50,160 nucleotides of DNA from Klebsormidium nitens (lineage: Eukaryota; Plantae; Klebsormidiophyceae). Within the stretch, counting starts at the first letter, position 1. Every line of letters starts with the position of its first letter. The position numbers and the translations under genes are program-made. Under the pieces are notes generated by a model, which was given only the letters and a program-made list of their open reading frames with translations, did not search any database and was not told the DNA's origin. Location of the stretch: the NCBI GenBank assembly GCA_000708835.1, contig DF237572.1:1-50160 (forward strand), written 5' to 3'. This document shows positions 1 through 11,700 of the stretch, in pieces.

Positions 1-1209
1 TACCAGGTTGGGCTTCCAGAACGGATTGACCTCGCGAAGCTCAAGGTATTGAGGGTTTCGAACGCTCCAGTACAGCGTTTCAGCCACGAGTGGACAGCCA
101 AGGAGAGATGGAATCCTCATAGAAAGGTTTCCAAGGAACATGAACCAGATTAGAACGTTGTTTCTAGAGCAGGCAAATGAGACTTTTGGCAATTCTTTTC
201 CGTGTCTTGTGACCGACTGCTTCTGGCTGGGGGCTTGAGAGGCTTCGCATGGTGACCCGTTGAGAAGGCGACCAAGACACATCTTGACAGCAAGTCCGCT
301 TACTATGGAGAAGGCAAGGGCTAGAAGTTTGCTGGTGTTGGTGATAGCGAGGGTGGCAATAATGGGCTCAGCAAAACGGATACATGTGTGAAAGAGAAGT
401 TGCTCACTGCAGATTGTGCTTACGAAGTAAATGGATAGGTCAAACACTAAACCTAAGAGAAGGTTCAACGAACGAACCAGGAAGTTCAAGCCAGAGTAAG
501 TAAGGAAGCTTTTCCAAGTTTTTTGAAGAAGCGTATGATGCTGCTGACGAGTATCCTGACTTGTGAGCAGAAAGTACAGCCAGATACTATTTGATGTTGC
601 AAGAATGCTAGCTGCCAGAACCCCGAAGGCTGTGCCCGTCGAGAGCTGAATGTAAACCCTTTTAAGCACCCAGGCTGCTGTTGTGGTCATGTGTGCTAAG
701 AGATCCCCTGCCACCTTTGAGCTCAGGGCAGGCGAAAGGACCCAATCAAAAGCCGCAACACCTGTAGCCACCATGTTTACCACCTTGCAGACTAGCAAAA
801 CAGCACCTTGTGCTAGGAAAGAAAGCTGACGCCGGTTGGCATTTCTAGCCACTCTGTCCATTCTAGCGACGAAAGTGCTGCGTGGCCATTTGATGTACTG
901 CCCTGTCAAGCACCACAGCCTGATTGTGCTCGTATTGGACACCACTGCACTAAGCAGCCCATCCATTGCTGGATCCACCGTCAGCCCAGCAACTGAGGGA
1001 CGAGGGCCCAATCCTACTGGATGACACGGGGGTCTGATGAATCTCTCCCGAAGCGACCCGATCTGTTCAACATGGTGAGCCTGAGCAAAGAAGGTCAACA
1101 TGCTACTGAGAATGAGAAGGCTGCCAACAAGGAAGAGCACAAGCTGCACCCCTCCAAGGCTCAGTGCCAGCTTGCTCTTGAGCTTCTGGCTTCCCCATGT
1201 TGCACCCAT
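1..1209 (-). CDS. Partial (3'-truncated by the window edge) multi-pass membrane protein of unknown family
   Basis: One minus-strand frame has no stop from 1320 to position 1 (440 codons, checked triplet by triplet). The first ATG is at 1209: MGATWGSQKLKSKLALSLGGVQLVLFLVGSLLILSSMLTFFAQA... At least five further hydrophobic stretches follow (e.g. TAFGVLAASILATSNSIWLYFLL, FLVRSLNLLLGLVFDLSIYFV, NVLIWFMFLGNLSMRIPSLLG). It is missing from the ORF track, presumably because it has no stop inside the window. Confidence 0.7.
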   Translation of the reverse strand, partial: MGATWGSQKLKSKLALSLGGVQLVLFLVGSLLILSSMLTFFAQAHHVEQIGSLRERFIRPPCHPVGLGPRPSVAGLTVDPAMDGLLSAVVSNTSTIRLWCLTGQYIKWPRSTFVARMDRVARNANRRQLSFLAQGAVLLVCKVVNMVATGVAAFDWVLSPALSSKVAGDLLAHMTTTAAWVLKRVYIQLSTGTAFGVLAASILATSNSIWLYFLLTSQDTRQQHHTLLQKTWKSFLTYSGLNFLVRSLNLLLGLVFDLSIYFVSTICSEQLLFHTCIRFAEPIIATLAITNTSKLLALAFSIVSGLAVKMCLGRLLNGSPCEASQAPSQKQSVTRHGKELPKVSFACSRNNVLIWFMFLGNLSMRIPSLLGCPLVAETLYWSVRNPQYLELREVNPFWKPNLV

Positions 1210-1528
1210 TCTGTCCCCTATCGAAAGCCCTGCCAACTTTGATCCAGATACCGAGCTCAAAAGCGTCTGGGCAGCAAGCAGAGATGGCAGCGGCCAACAC
1301 GTTTGAATGGCAGTGTCAGACTACTACTGCTTTCGGAAGTCTGGAGTCTTGACTCATTAATGATCGAGTCATGTTCACTGTTCACACTGTGTGAACAGCT
1401 ACCTAGGCTCATTTGCCCGCGGAGACTCGGGGAGGCCTTACCTGAGTGATTCAGTGCACTTTCAGACTGATTGTCCGCCTGATGTGGGTAATTCGGACTT
1501 ATCCCAGCTAGCGGACAGCAGTCATAAG

Positions 1529-1562
1529 TTTGCCCCGCGGACCCCCGGGTCCGCGGGGCAAA
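1529..1562. repeat. Near-perfect GC-rich palindrome (16-bp arms, 2-nt spacer)
   Basis: TTTGCCCCGCGGACCC-CC-GGGTCCGCGGGGCAAA; the arms are exact reverse complements. Confidence 0.95.
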
Positions 1563-2091
1563 TCTCTTGTCCTCTGAGTAGGGGATAAGATTTAGTTATC
1601 ACTGTTGTAAACTTGAAAGCACGTTGTTTAACAGCTATTAGTAATTTTGAAAGAGTCACGTACGTGTGCTACCTAGCTTTGTCTCTTATAGCTTCAATCC
1701 ACGTGAAGCTAAGATGACGCAGGAGGCTCGAGTTCTTACTGTAATTACTTTCCTTCTAATCGTCGAGTCAAGAGGTGGTAGCCGCATTTTGATGGCCTTC
1801 AATGGGGGCACGCCGTTTTTTTTGTTGTTCTTACACGGGGGTTGTGACTAGCCAGAGCACATAAGAACAAGGGCGCAGCGGCAACCGTTACACAAACATG
1901 TTCTATTGGGTGCATGCATGAGAATCTAATCGAGGCCGGTTTTGACCAGAAACGCTCTAACTGTTTTGACAATAGACGTTCACCACATGTCAGTTCACCT
2001 ACTTAGATATTCATCGATAGTCACGTCCAGATTGGAGGCGAACTCAGTTTCCAGTAGTGCACCACCCGAAGTTCAAGTCGTTCTGATTCGT

Positions 2092-4119
2092 TTAGTTGGA
2101 TCCATTCTGGACAGGGTGTTCTCTCTGCTTTTCCTTTCTGTGTTCCGCTTCCCTCCAGATCGCTTGCACGTCGTCCGTTCGAAACCTTTGCGTGCATGTG
2201 CTATCTTCAAGTGGTGTAACCAAGTTTTGCGAGAATGCGAGCAAGCCCGTGTACGCAATCATTGCGCCATTGTCTATGCAGTACCGCTCATCTGTAGCGT
2301 ACAATCGACCCCCCCGTTCTGACGCCATTATCCTCATCATCTCCTGTAATCGTTCGTTGCAGCCCACCCCCCCCACAATAAGGACGTCTTGCTTGTTGCA
2401 ATGGGCCATGGCCCGCTCCGTTGTTTCAACTAGCATGGCAAAGATGGTTTCCTGCAAGAAAAAAGCACGTTGTAATATGCTGACAACACCACTTGTGAAA
2501 TACTCACACGGCAACCTGTCGCAGCAGCATGTACAGGCGCTCGAGACAGGCCTTCAAAGAGAATAAGCTTAGGCCCACAAACGAACCACCACAAAGCGAG
2601 TCAAAACTGATGATTAGGTAGGGAGCGCCAACTACAGAACACCAAACTTCCTTCGATCTTGAGCTGAGACGAGGCTCTGTTCACATACCGCCCATGGAAG
2701 TGCCTTCAACATAGAGGAGATTAAGGAACCAAGCTTGCAACAGCCTATGCAGGAGGATTTATGAGCAGGGACAAGACAACTTTGTCACAAACCTGCAGCG
2801 AGAAGCAGAGGTCCTCCTTTGTGACCTCCCCCGTCTTCAGCTTTGAGTTGGCGACGTCCTCGATGAAGCTGAGGATGCCGCTGAATGACACGTCCATGCC
2901 CTTCACCACGTATGGCAGCTCTACCAGCTGATTGCCCTTCTTGGCCAGCTACAGGGAACAAACACCGATTTTCAATACGTGTGGCCGAAACTGAGCCTTT
3001 TGGAGTTGTTTTTTGACATCTCAATGTGAACATGACATTGAACCTGCTTCCAAAGGAGCGTAGATGGGGCCTCTCCAACTCTAATTTTTGCGGGGGCCAA
3101 TCTACATCCATCTCCGACCCCTCGTGATTGGGAAGGGCCACTCGACGGAGTGGTAACTTGAAAGCTGTGATTCCAGGTTTAGTAACAGCTTTGTGTGGAT
3201 ACTGATTTGGTCCAAAACCAAATGCAGGCAGTAAGTGAAAGCATGTAATGTATCAGCCCCCCCACAATGGTGCCTTTCTCCACAAGCAGAATCAGAGCAG
3301 CAATTTCCTTTATCACACGTTTCCAAAAAAGTGATCGCAATCTGAATCGTGCTCGATGGAAGGGTGGTGGGGGCAGATCAGACAATCCATGTTGAGTCAT
3401 TTCTTTCAAACGCCAAGTCATTTGACATCGTCCATCACTGGAAGGAGATACAATGCGAACCATGTGCTATTCTGTTCCACAGAGAGCGTTAATATGGAAA
3501 TGGGCAGGACTTTCCAAAGTTACATGATTAGAGACTTCTGAGAAAGAACTTGAACCACGGCTCTTTCACTCACCTGCTCAATGTTGTACCCGGGGCTTGG
3601 ATCGTTTGACACCTTTATCACGCGCGCAAAGCGGTCCAGGCAGTTCCCCACAGCGATGTCGATTGTCTCCCCAAAAATCCTGTACTTGCCCTCTGAATAT
3701 GCAATCACCTGCGTGTTACCCCCGCTCACATACAGCACCACAGGATCCTCAGCACCAGTGACCACTCTCCCCATCTCAATGTGGGCCACACAGTGGTTCA
3801 CGGCGACAATCGGCTTACCCCAAAGCTGCGACAGAACCCTCACGACAATTGCGACGGTTTGCAGGGGAGCCCCCATGCCTGGCCCTTTTGTGTACGCCAG
3901 ACATGCCAACTGCTCTGGGGTAACATTGGCTTGTTCCAAGGCTTCTCTCACAATTTCGAGAATGTGCTTCTGGTGGTGGGCCGCCGTTTCTTTTGGCAGG
4001 AAGCCCTGCCCGATGGGCGTGATGTAAGTGCGCCTCGGGTTGGACAAGATGTGGCCATCCAGCCGCACGACGCCAATGCCAATCTTGTTGGCGCTGCCTT
4101 CGAAGCCAAGGGCCAGCAT
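2092..4119 (-). CDS. KAE1: tRNA N6-adenosine threonylcarbamoyltransferase Kae1/OSGEP (KEOPS catalytic subunit), 3 exons, 353 aa
   Basis: Exons 4119-3574, 2948-2793, 2451-2092, with GT-AG phase-0 introns. Motifs: [91 protein letters not shown]. Confidence 0.97.
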
Positions 4120-4571
4120 ATTTCGGCTGGGAGTCACAAGATGGTGAGGTGCTCGCAGCGCCCCGTGACCAGCAAAGGTCGGTTGCTTTTTGCACCCAGA
4201 CCCAAAGCTTCTCCTCCGCCTTGCCCTCACAGAGTCACAGCTCTCCTTCTCTGACTCGGAGCTGTGGTTTACTGCCTGCGCCAGCAACTTCTTGAACTTG
4301 CAAGTTGCACTGCGCTGGACTGAGCGCCCTGGCCCTGGCCCTGGGCCTGGGCTTTGTGCAGAGAGCTCTGATCAAGGCGATCAGCGTTGCGTGATTACCT
4401 CAGCTTCGGTCGCTGCAATTGACCAACCGGCCACTTTGCAGACTCCCATGCGAAACTGCTGCGTAGCGTGACAATGTCACCCGGCTGCAAGTCGTAGGCG
4501 ACATCTCATGACGAAGCAGAAGCACGTCTCCGGCCTGGCTCCAGCAGCTCGTGGCCAAACTCAAATTATCC
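4120..4571. promoter_or_regulatory. Short divergent promoter/5'UTR interval between KAE1 and the hydrolase, with a (GCCCTG)n run and site-II-like TGGGCC/TGGGCT (4342-4353)
   Basis: The head-to-head start codons are 452 bp apart. GCCCTG GCCCTG GCCCTG GGCCTG GGCT lies at 4326-4353. The functional assignment is inferred. Confidence 0.4.
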
Positions 4572-7500
4572 ATGGGCGGCACATCCGTGTCCTGGGAAAG
4601 GCCCGCTTGTTTCTCTCGTTGCAGCGCCCTTCGTTCTAGGCCGTATCGGTTGAATAAGCCACAGCATTGTACTGCTCGCTTGACAGCACGCTGTCCACAG
4701 AGGTGCGCTGGCGGTGGGACTTTGGCAAGGGCTTCTGTCAGTAAAGCTGGTCGGATAGCAGATTCCAATTGGCGCCACCATTCAGACTTAGCCTGGGTGT
4801 CTGGGGCCGTTAGCTGGCACTCTTCTCAATCGGGTGGCCTGCTTTTGAGCCCCTCTTTTCTGGTGGGCGGCTCCGGTGACCTTATCATGGGCCGGCCTGC
4901 CAAGCAGCCCAAAGAAAAGCGCCGTCCAACTGGTGGCACCATGGCGATATTTGGACACGCCTTCAAGTCTGCAGGGTCTGATGTGGCGTCGACGAGGGGG
5001 TTTGGCCCCAAGATGAGCAAAGCGGCCAAGTACTCCTACCTGATTGGAAAAGAGATTGTGGGCCTGGTGCAAGTCATCCCATACGGATTACATGCGGCTC
5101 TAACCCACGGTTTTCTCCCCTTGGGCAAGGGATTACAGCAGGACTTGGTGGGGGGGTTAGGCCAGCTCGGACAAGGGGTTGGGTTATCTGATACGGACGA
5201 GCTCAAGGCTAGCAACGACGTCGGAATGAGGTCGGCAGAGGAAGAAGAGACCCTTAGAGGGGACAGCAGTGATGAGATTGGCAGCGCGGTTGATCTGAAT
5301 CCCAGGAACAGTGCACTGCAGGAAAGAAGGGGGGATGAAGCTTCTGTGGGGCTACATTCAAGTGTTAAAGTAAGAGGGGCCAAGGGCAGGGCAGCTGGCT
5401 GGTTCCCCTGGAAGTCTGCATACTCAGCAAACGTGGTCAAGGACTTGCCCTATGGTGACAAGGAAAGAGAGAAGTAAGCAGGCAAAGTCAGATCAGCCAC
5501 GCATTGTAACCCACCCCTAAACCCTGGTGGTCATATCGTCTCTAGTCTGCGACCACTGGGATCACACGGTTCCGGTCACGAATTGCCTCATGCCCACAGT
5601 CTCTGCCTCTATTGTTTGAACCTTTTTCCCCATGTATCCTAAACAGTAGTTCCTTATGATGTGCAGCGCATCGCTTGGGTGGTATGGTTTTCTACCAAGT
5701 GCAAATCTGCCTTTTTAAGCACATCAGACTCCCCTGAAGCGCCAGCTTTGTGCGGCTTCAGCTACAAGACTTCGATTCTTGGTTGCAGATTGGATATCTT
5801 CACGCCCTCAATCATGGACCAGAATAGGAGGTCAGCGAGCAATCAAAAGTGGCCGGTGGTCTTGTTTGTCCACGGTGGGGTCTGGAGCTCCGGGGAGAAG
5901 TGGCAGTACTCGCCCCTTGGAGCCAGGCTGGCCCATGAGGGGTGTGTCGCAGCTGTGATTTCATATAGCCTCTTCCCAGACGTGAGGCTTCTCTTAGTTA
6001 TCCAAAGCTTCTTCTTCGAAGGTTTGAATTTAAATTTTGTAATTGTAGCTTCCTGTCTTCCCTGCGCCAGCTCAACAATGTGCTTTTTGTTGACTTCTGC
6101 AGAGTACGCGGTCTTTTCGTTTTGTCAACCCACTTTGTGGGCCCGAACTTTGTTGGATTCAATGCAAGCATGTTGATCGATTGCAAGCCTCCAACATCTT
6201 GTCGTATGCTTCCACCGGACGATGCTCGTGTTTTGGACCGATTCCGAAATTGCTAATGTGAGTACTACTTGTGCAGGTGCTTGCAACGGAACAGTCCGAG
6301 CAGGTGTCCAGTGCGCTTGATTGGGTCTTCCAGAACATCGGCCACTTTGGCGGCGATCCAAACAGGGTCACTTTGGCAGGGCACTCCTCAGGTGAGTGGC
6401 CTCTTTTAATTGGAATCAGTGCTGAAGCAAGGGTTTCGATTGTGATCCAACGGTCCAGAAACTTCAGATTCCGTCGGATAGCAAGTCGTGGCTGAGTGAC
6501 CACGATGCCTGCTGAATACAGAGCCGACACAGAAATCCGAGCACAGGGCATCAAGTCACTTGTTCTCTCATCGCTCCGGATTGTTTTGGAAGCCTTTGGA
6601 ATCAAGCCCGCATACAGCGCCAAATTGAGCAAATCTCTGGAGCAGTTCCTGACATGCGTCAAATTTCAGAGACTGTTTGTCAAAGCTTCTGCTTTGCCAA
6701 AGGACGACCATTCACTAGTTAGACCTCGACAACCGAGTTGCTTGGTTGCGAGACCCTAACACCCTTTCTTGCCGTCTCTACAGGCGCGCATATCTGCTCC
6801 TTGGCCCTCTACCATCGAGCAAAGCGGCTGCTAGCATCCCGTGCGAGCCCGCGTATGTCCACCGACGTCAGCGTGCGCCAGCCGCGCACCTTTGCCGGGC
6901 TGGCCGGGGTCTACGACATCGCCGAACACCTCAAGTTCGAGCAGTGGCGCGGAGTAGCTCTGCTTTCTTGCATGACGCCCGCAAACGGCGGGCCGGAGGG
7001 TTTCCCGGACGTTTCCACGGTGCGATTGTTCGAGTCTCTTGGGGCGGAAGTGGGGAAGAGTGAACGCAAGGAGGATGGCTTTGAGGGGGAACCCTTCTTG
7101 GGCGAGACGTCGGAAGCCAACCGAGTCGTTCTGGGGATGGCTGAAGGGGGGCAAACGGCGAGAAGTCGGCCTTGGAAAGAGTGGCCATTCAGCACGGTGG
7201 TGAATTCCGCTTTGCTCGCAGGGGGTCGGCTCGGAAGCAGTGGCGAGATAGCGGAACGGAAAGAAGACGAGAACGGTCCGGAATCGAACAGCCACAACAC
7301 TGTGTCGGAGCGAGGGACGACCGACGTGGAGGGATTGAACCGGGGTGGCGAAGCGACTGTGCGTGTAGAAGACTTGCTGCCCCGTGTGTTGCTGCAGAGC
7401 AGCCCGGGGGACACCACCGTGCCCATTGACACCACCGTCGCTTTTGCCAGGTGTCTCGACGCCATCGGCTGCAGGGTGAAGAATCTGGTGTACGATAGTC

Positions 7501-7601
7501 TGGCCCATCCGGACTTCATCATCTGGCCACGGAGGTTTGACGGGGAGGAAGCTCTGGGGCCTCACATCCGGGACCTCTTGCGGGTGGTCAAAGGTATGTG
7601 A
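4572..7601 (+). CDS. Alpha/beta hydrolase, isoprenylcysteine methylesterase (ICME)/arylformamidase-like carboxylesterase, 4 exons
   Basis: Exons 4572(start uncertain)-5473, 5789-5981, 6277-6391, 6784-7601, phase-consistent GT-AG. Motifs: KDLPYGDKEREK/LDIFTP, VVLFVHGGVW (oxyanion HGG), GGDPNRVTLAGHSSG (nucleophile GxSxG split by intron 3), GDTTVP (Asp), LAHPDF (His). Confidence 0.85.
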
Positions 7602-8051
7602 TTCCGATTCGGCCATTGGAACGCAATTAGATGTACGACACCAAAAATCTCAGCATCGCGAGCGTCCTTGATAACAGAAGTCGCCAACGTACGGACTGGA
7701 GCATTCTCGGCTCTGTCGGGTAGGTGATAGCAACGACTCTTTCTGAGATCAGCCCTTAAGGCCTTGCCACCTACAAGGCCACTCCTACTTAACGTTGAAC
7801 TTGGATTGTTGAAGCTTGAGCTATGACTTGCTTGCTTGAACCCCTAGTGTCATTACCCGTACGTCAAAATCGTCGGAGGATGTCAAGTTGCCTATGTATA
7901 GTCATGGTATGCTTCGATCCAGCCGCTCATGAGTGGAAAAAATCATATGAGTCTTTCCAGCGCAACCGGGCGGCCCCCATAGTGCAACTCACTCCACCAC
8001 GGTCGATCACGACATTATGGTGCGCCGTTTGATTCACTGTTAAGCCGCGCG

Positions 8052-8128
8052 CGCGCTGGCGTATCCTGCAACCCCACGCGCTGGCATATCCTGCAACCCC
8101 ACGCGTTGGCGTATCCTGCAACCCCACG
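8052..8128. repeat. Tandem repeat, 3 x 25 bp
   Basis: CGCGCTGGCGTATCCTGCAACCCCA at 8052, 8077 (1 mismatch) and 8102 (1 mismatch), with no spacers. Confidence 0.95.
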
Positions 8129-8748
8129 TGGCCTGTGATCCACGTATATTACAATTGTGCATGTGTTACGCAGCAGGAGGCGTAATGTATTCTGGCGTTT
8201 AGTCGATGCTAGCTCAATTCTGCGACAATCAATCGTGGTACTTGCAACAGCAAAGTCACACATAGTAGGCGTTTTAGCTAAGCGTCGGATGTTGCCACGT
8301 ACCGTCGCGAGTCCGTGCAGAAGTCATGTTCTGCTGCCCGTCGGCGCGCCTGAAGTCGTATACGACCGTCAACTTAGATCTCGTATATTCACCATCATTG
8401 ATCGTGCATGTGCAACGTTGGAGTTCCCATGGATCGCCTTGCAATCCAACACAACGGTTACTGCTTGCACGCTTGTACTTGATCTGTCATCTTGGCAACA
8501 ACCAGATCAAAGCTCGACGCGGAAATACCTGCAAGTTGTCTAGTTTCGGATAGCAATGTGAATGCAGGGTTAACAACGGCCTCGAACCACATGCGCTCGA
8601 TGTACGTTACTTTGGCCAGCTCTTGTAAGTCAACAGAATAAATACGACCTAAACTACGTCATTCGTGTTTTACGAACCTCTCCCTCGGCCCTCGCATCCC
8701 GCGCATGGCCTTGAATTATCAGACTCTTCATCCTCGCCACCTTCCACC

Positions 8749-11700
8749 TTATTGACTGAGCGACAGCAGCATCGCGACTCCCCGCCTGATCCAATGATCG
8801 GGCGCCACGTCAGTGGGCATCTTCACCTCCATCACGAAGTTCGACGAGTGGCCGGTGGTCGCGAGCACGCCCCGCCTCTCTGTCGTTCTGTAAACCGGGC
8901 ACGAGTAGTGCGGGAACTCCCTCCTCTTGCTCAGCTCTACCGGTTTCAGCCACATAACCGGGGCGGGCGAATACAGCACCTTGGGCAGCGACTCCGCCAG
9001 CTGCATTTTCTCGCTGTCCCACCGGGCGCCTTCTAAATACATCCCGGTCACATATGCCCCGTCCTCCGGTTTCGTATCGTACTCCCCGGGCGGCATGCAC
9101 TCGAAGTCGAACCCGACGGTGTCGATCGGGATCTTGTACTTGCGCGCGTAGTTCTGGAGGACGCCCGTCAGGAACGCGTGCGTGAAGTAGAAGCCGCTGA
9201 TCCAGAACTTGGCGGGCGGCCCGTTGTCCATCCACTTCTGCAGCATCCCGAGCCGCTCCAGCAGTTCGTCCACGTAGCTCGAGAGGGGTTTAAGCGAGGG
9301 ATAGCTCTTGGCCGCCCACGCGGCCGGAATGCGCCCCACGTACATCGCGGCCGCGAGCTGCTCCATCTCGGCTGACATCACCACCAGCCCCTTGAGCCCC
9401 TTCTGCAGGCTGCGCAAGCTGCTCCGGATGACGTCAGTCAGGCGGTTGTAGCGCACCATCTCCTGGCACAGCACGCTGTTCATGCTCTCCTCGTAGCACA
9501 CCGGAAAGCGGAATCCGGCCAGCTCCAGGTCGAACGCGGGCGGCAGCCGCGCGAGGATGTCGCCCGCGACCTCCAGCAGGGTTTCCTCCTTGCTGCGCCC
9601 GCCGGCCGCGGCCGCGCGGCTCTGCGTCAGCAGAATGCTCGCGAGCAGCTGGTCGGTTTCCTGCTGGTCTTTGGTGATGTCGCCGTTGGCGTGCAGGCCG
9701 AAGACCTCGGGGAGCGAGATGAGCGGGAACTGCTTGATGTGCTCCAGGTAACCGCCGTAGCTGCAGTCGGGGGGCGCGTAGTAGATGCCTGCGGGAAGGG
9801 ACAGCCGGCCAATCAGAACGGCTCAAAGCAATAAGGATCAAGACGGAGGATACAAGGACGGCCTCGCAGCTCTCACACTGTCAGATTCGGGTCTGTTTCT
9901 CATCACATTGTCATCCGTCAATCCGAGGGGGCCCGTTTTCATCAAACTGACCGACAGACAATCTGGCTGATTGAAACAGAGTTTCTATCGTTCCTCGTTC
10001 CTCTGAAACAGATTTCCATAAGGCTATCGAGTCTTTCCTGGAAAATCAAGGAGGTTATTTACGAAACGAGCGACGTGATCTTCAAAAGCCCCCCTTACCC
10101 GAGGGCGAGAAGAGGTACTCGTTGTCCAGTATCCTGGGCGTGTAGATGTTGCGCAGGATGCTCATCAGCGTGCGCCGGTCGTGCGCGTCGGTCACGCGGC
10201 CGCCGTAGTTGCACTCGCCGGTGAGGTAGACGAGCGCGGGGAAAGGGACGGCGCCGGGGAACTCGTTGAGGAACATGGCCAGCTGCTGCATGCTGATCTT
10301 CAGGTCCGGGTCGCTGAACTGGTATGGGATGTTCCACCCCAGCGGGCCGAACTTGAGCCGCTCCTGTGGCCGAGAAGAAGGGGGTGAGAAAACTCGAAAA
10401 GCGGCAATAAAAGATTTGGTTTGTGGGCTTAAAAGTTGGAGCCGGAGCATATTGCTGCCTTCGAAATCCGGGTCCTTACTGGTGCACTTGTTTCAATGAT
10501 CCCTCCATGTGGAAAACCCACTTGCAAGGGTGGAGGAGTAGCATTACGTAAGCGTCCGGGCCAAGTGCAGAAAAGGTTCTCGTCAAAATAACGGGTGCTT
10601 AAACACCAGAATACTCTTTCTATCCGAAGGATAAAGGTCTCCTTGGTTGGTGACCCTCTTCCTTCAGGACTGGTGATCGGATCACCGCTGACGTCACGCT
10701 TACCTGGACGAAGGCGTGGAAGAAGCAGAGGCCGAAGAGGAGCTTCCGCCAGGCGGGTCCGCGCTCGCTCGCGTCGCACCCGCCGAAGAAGCTGGGGTCC
10801 GAAATTGGGTCAGACATGTAACTCTTCAGCATGTTTGCTCTTAACCCCTTGGGCGGCTCGTTGGTCATCTTAACCCCGCTCTGCAGTACCGTAACCGGGA
10901 AATGCTCGCTGGGGTAGCTGGTCAACCAAAGCCGGAACGACGGATGAACGGAATCCGGGCTAAGCCCCTCGCAGATCCGTTCCAATGTGGCCATCCAGGA
11001 GACTGCCAGGTGGCAATTCTGGAGCACAACCCACGCGCCGGACGCGGCCGCGTCGGCGATCATCGCGGCCGCCTTGGGGCCCTGCCCTTGCCCGAGGGAA
11101 ATGCTCTGAACCGGTTGCTTCAGAGACTCGGCAAACTTGAGTAGAGCGGCCATAGGATCCGACCCGGGGGAAAGGACGAAGATGAGCGGTGTAACTGCGC
11201 TCGAGTCGGCGTACGAGCGCGCCAGATCGAACGGCGGCGGCTCCACGAACTTCTGGCCCATGGCCTTCATGACGTATAGCGTAATGGCCGCCACCAGCTT
11301 ATCCGGCCGGAATATGCGCAGCACCAGCAGCCGCTGGAACGGCGACAGCGCGGCCGCCCACGCGCCAGGGAGGGCCTCGTTCTGAGGCTCGGTGCTGGTG
11401 TAAATTGGCTCCCAAGCGCCCGGGTTCTCCGCGAACGACTGAGCAAGGCCCGCGAAAGCAGGGAGCTCCCCCAGGCGGCCCATCTCCACCCACTGCTTCT
11501 CCGAGAGCCACGTGGCAGGGTTTGGGCCCAGTTTCTGTGTGACGCCCACTCCGCTGGTGATGAGGAAGCGGAATTCCGTCCGGTCGACTTGCCCCGCGCG
11601 CCCAAGAATGGTCACCGCTAATAGCAACCCAAATAGGAGCTTGTCTTTCTCAAAGAGACTCCGGCAGACGTTACAGTAAAGCGCGTACGTGAAGTAGTCG

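Noticed and set aside
1-1306. Plus-strand decayed pseudogene or TE suggested by short ORFs at 836-1306
   Set aside because: The plus frames have many stops. The region is better explained by the uninterrupted minus-strand ORF.
1500-1585. Helitron 3' end (hairpin plus CTRR)
   Set aside because: The nearby CTAG/CTGA are not followed by the expected T, and there is no 5' TC terminus or Rep/helicase remnant.
4232-4266. Crossed inverted repeats (GAGTCA/TGACTC and CACAGCTC/GAGCTGTG) suggesting a pseudoknot upstream of KAE1
   Set aside because: The stems are short and overlap each other, so this is plausible by chance without covariation data.
8052-8128. Possible CRISPR array
   Set aside because: The units are directly adjacent with no spacers, the context is eukaryotic and there are no cas genes.
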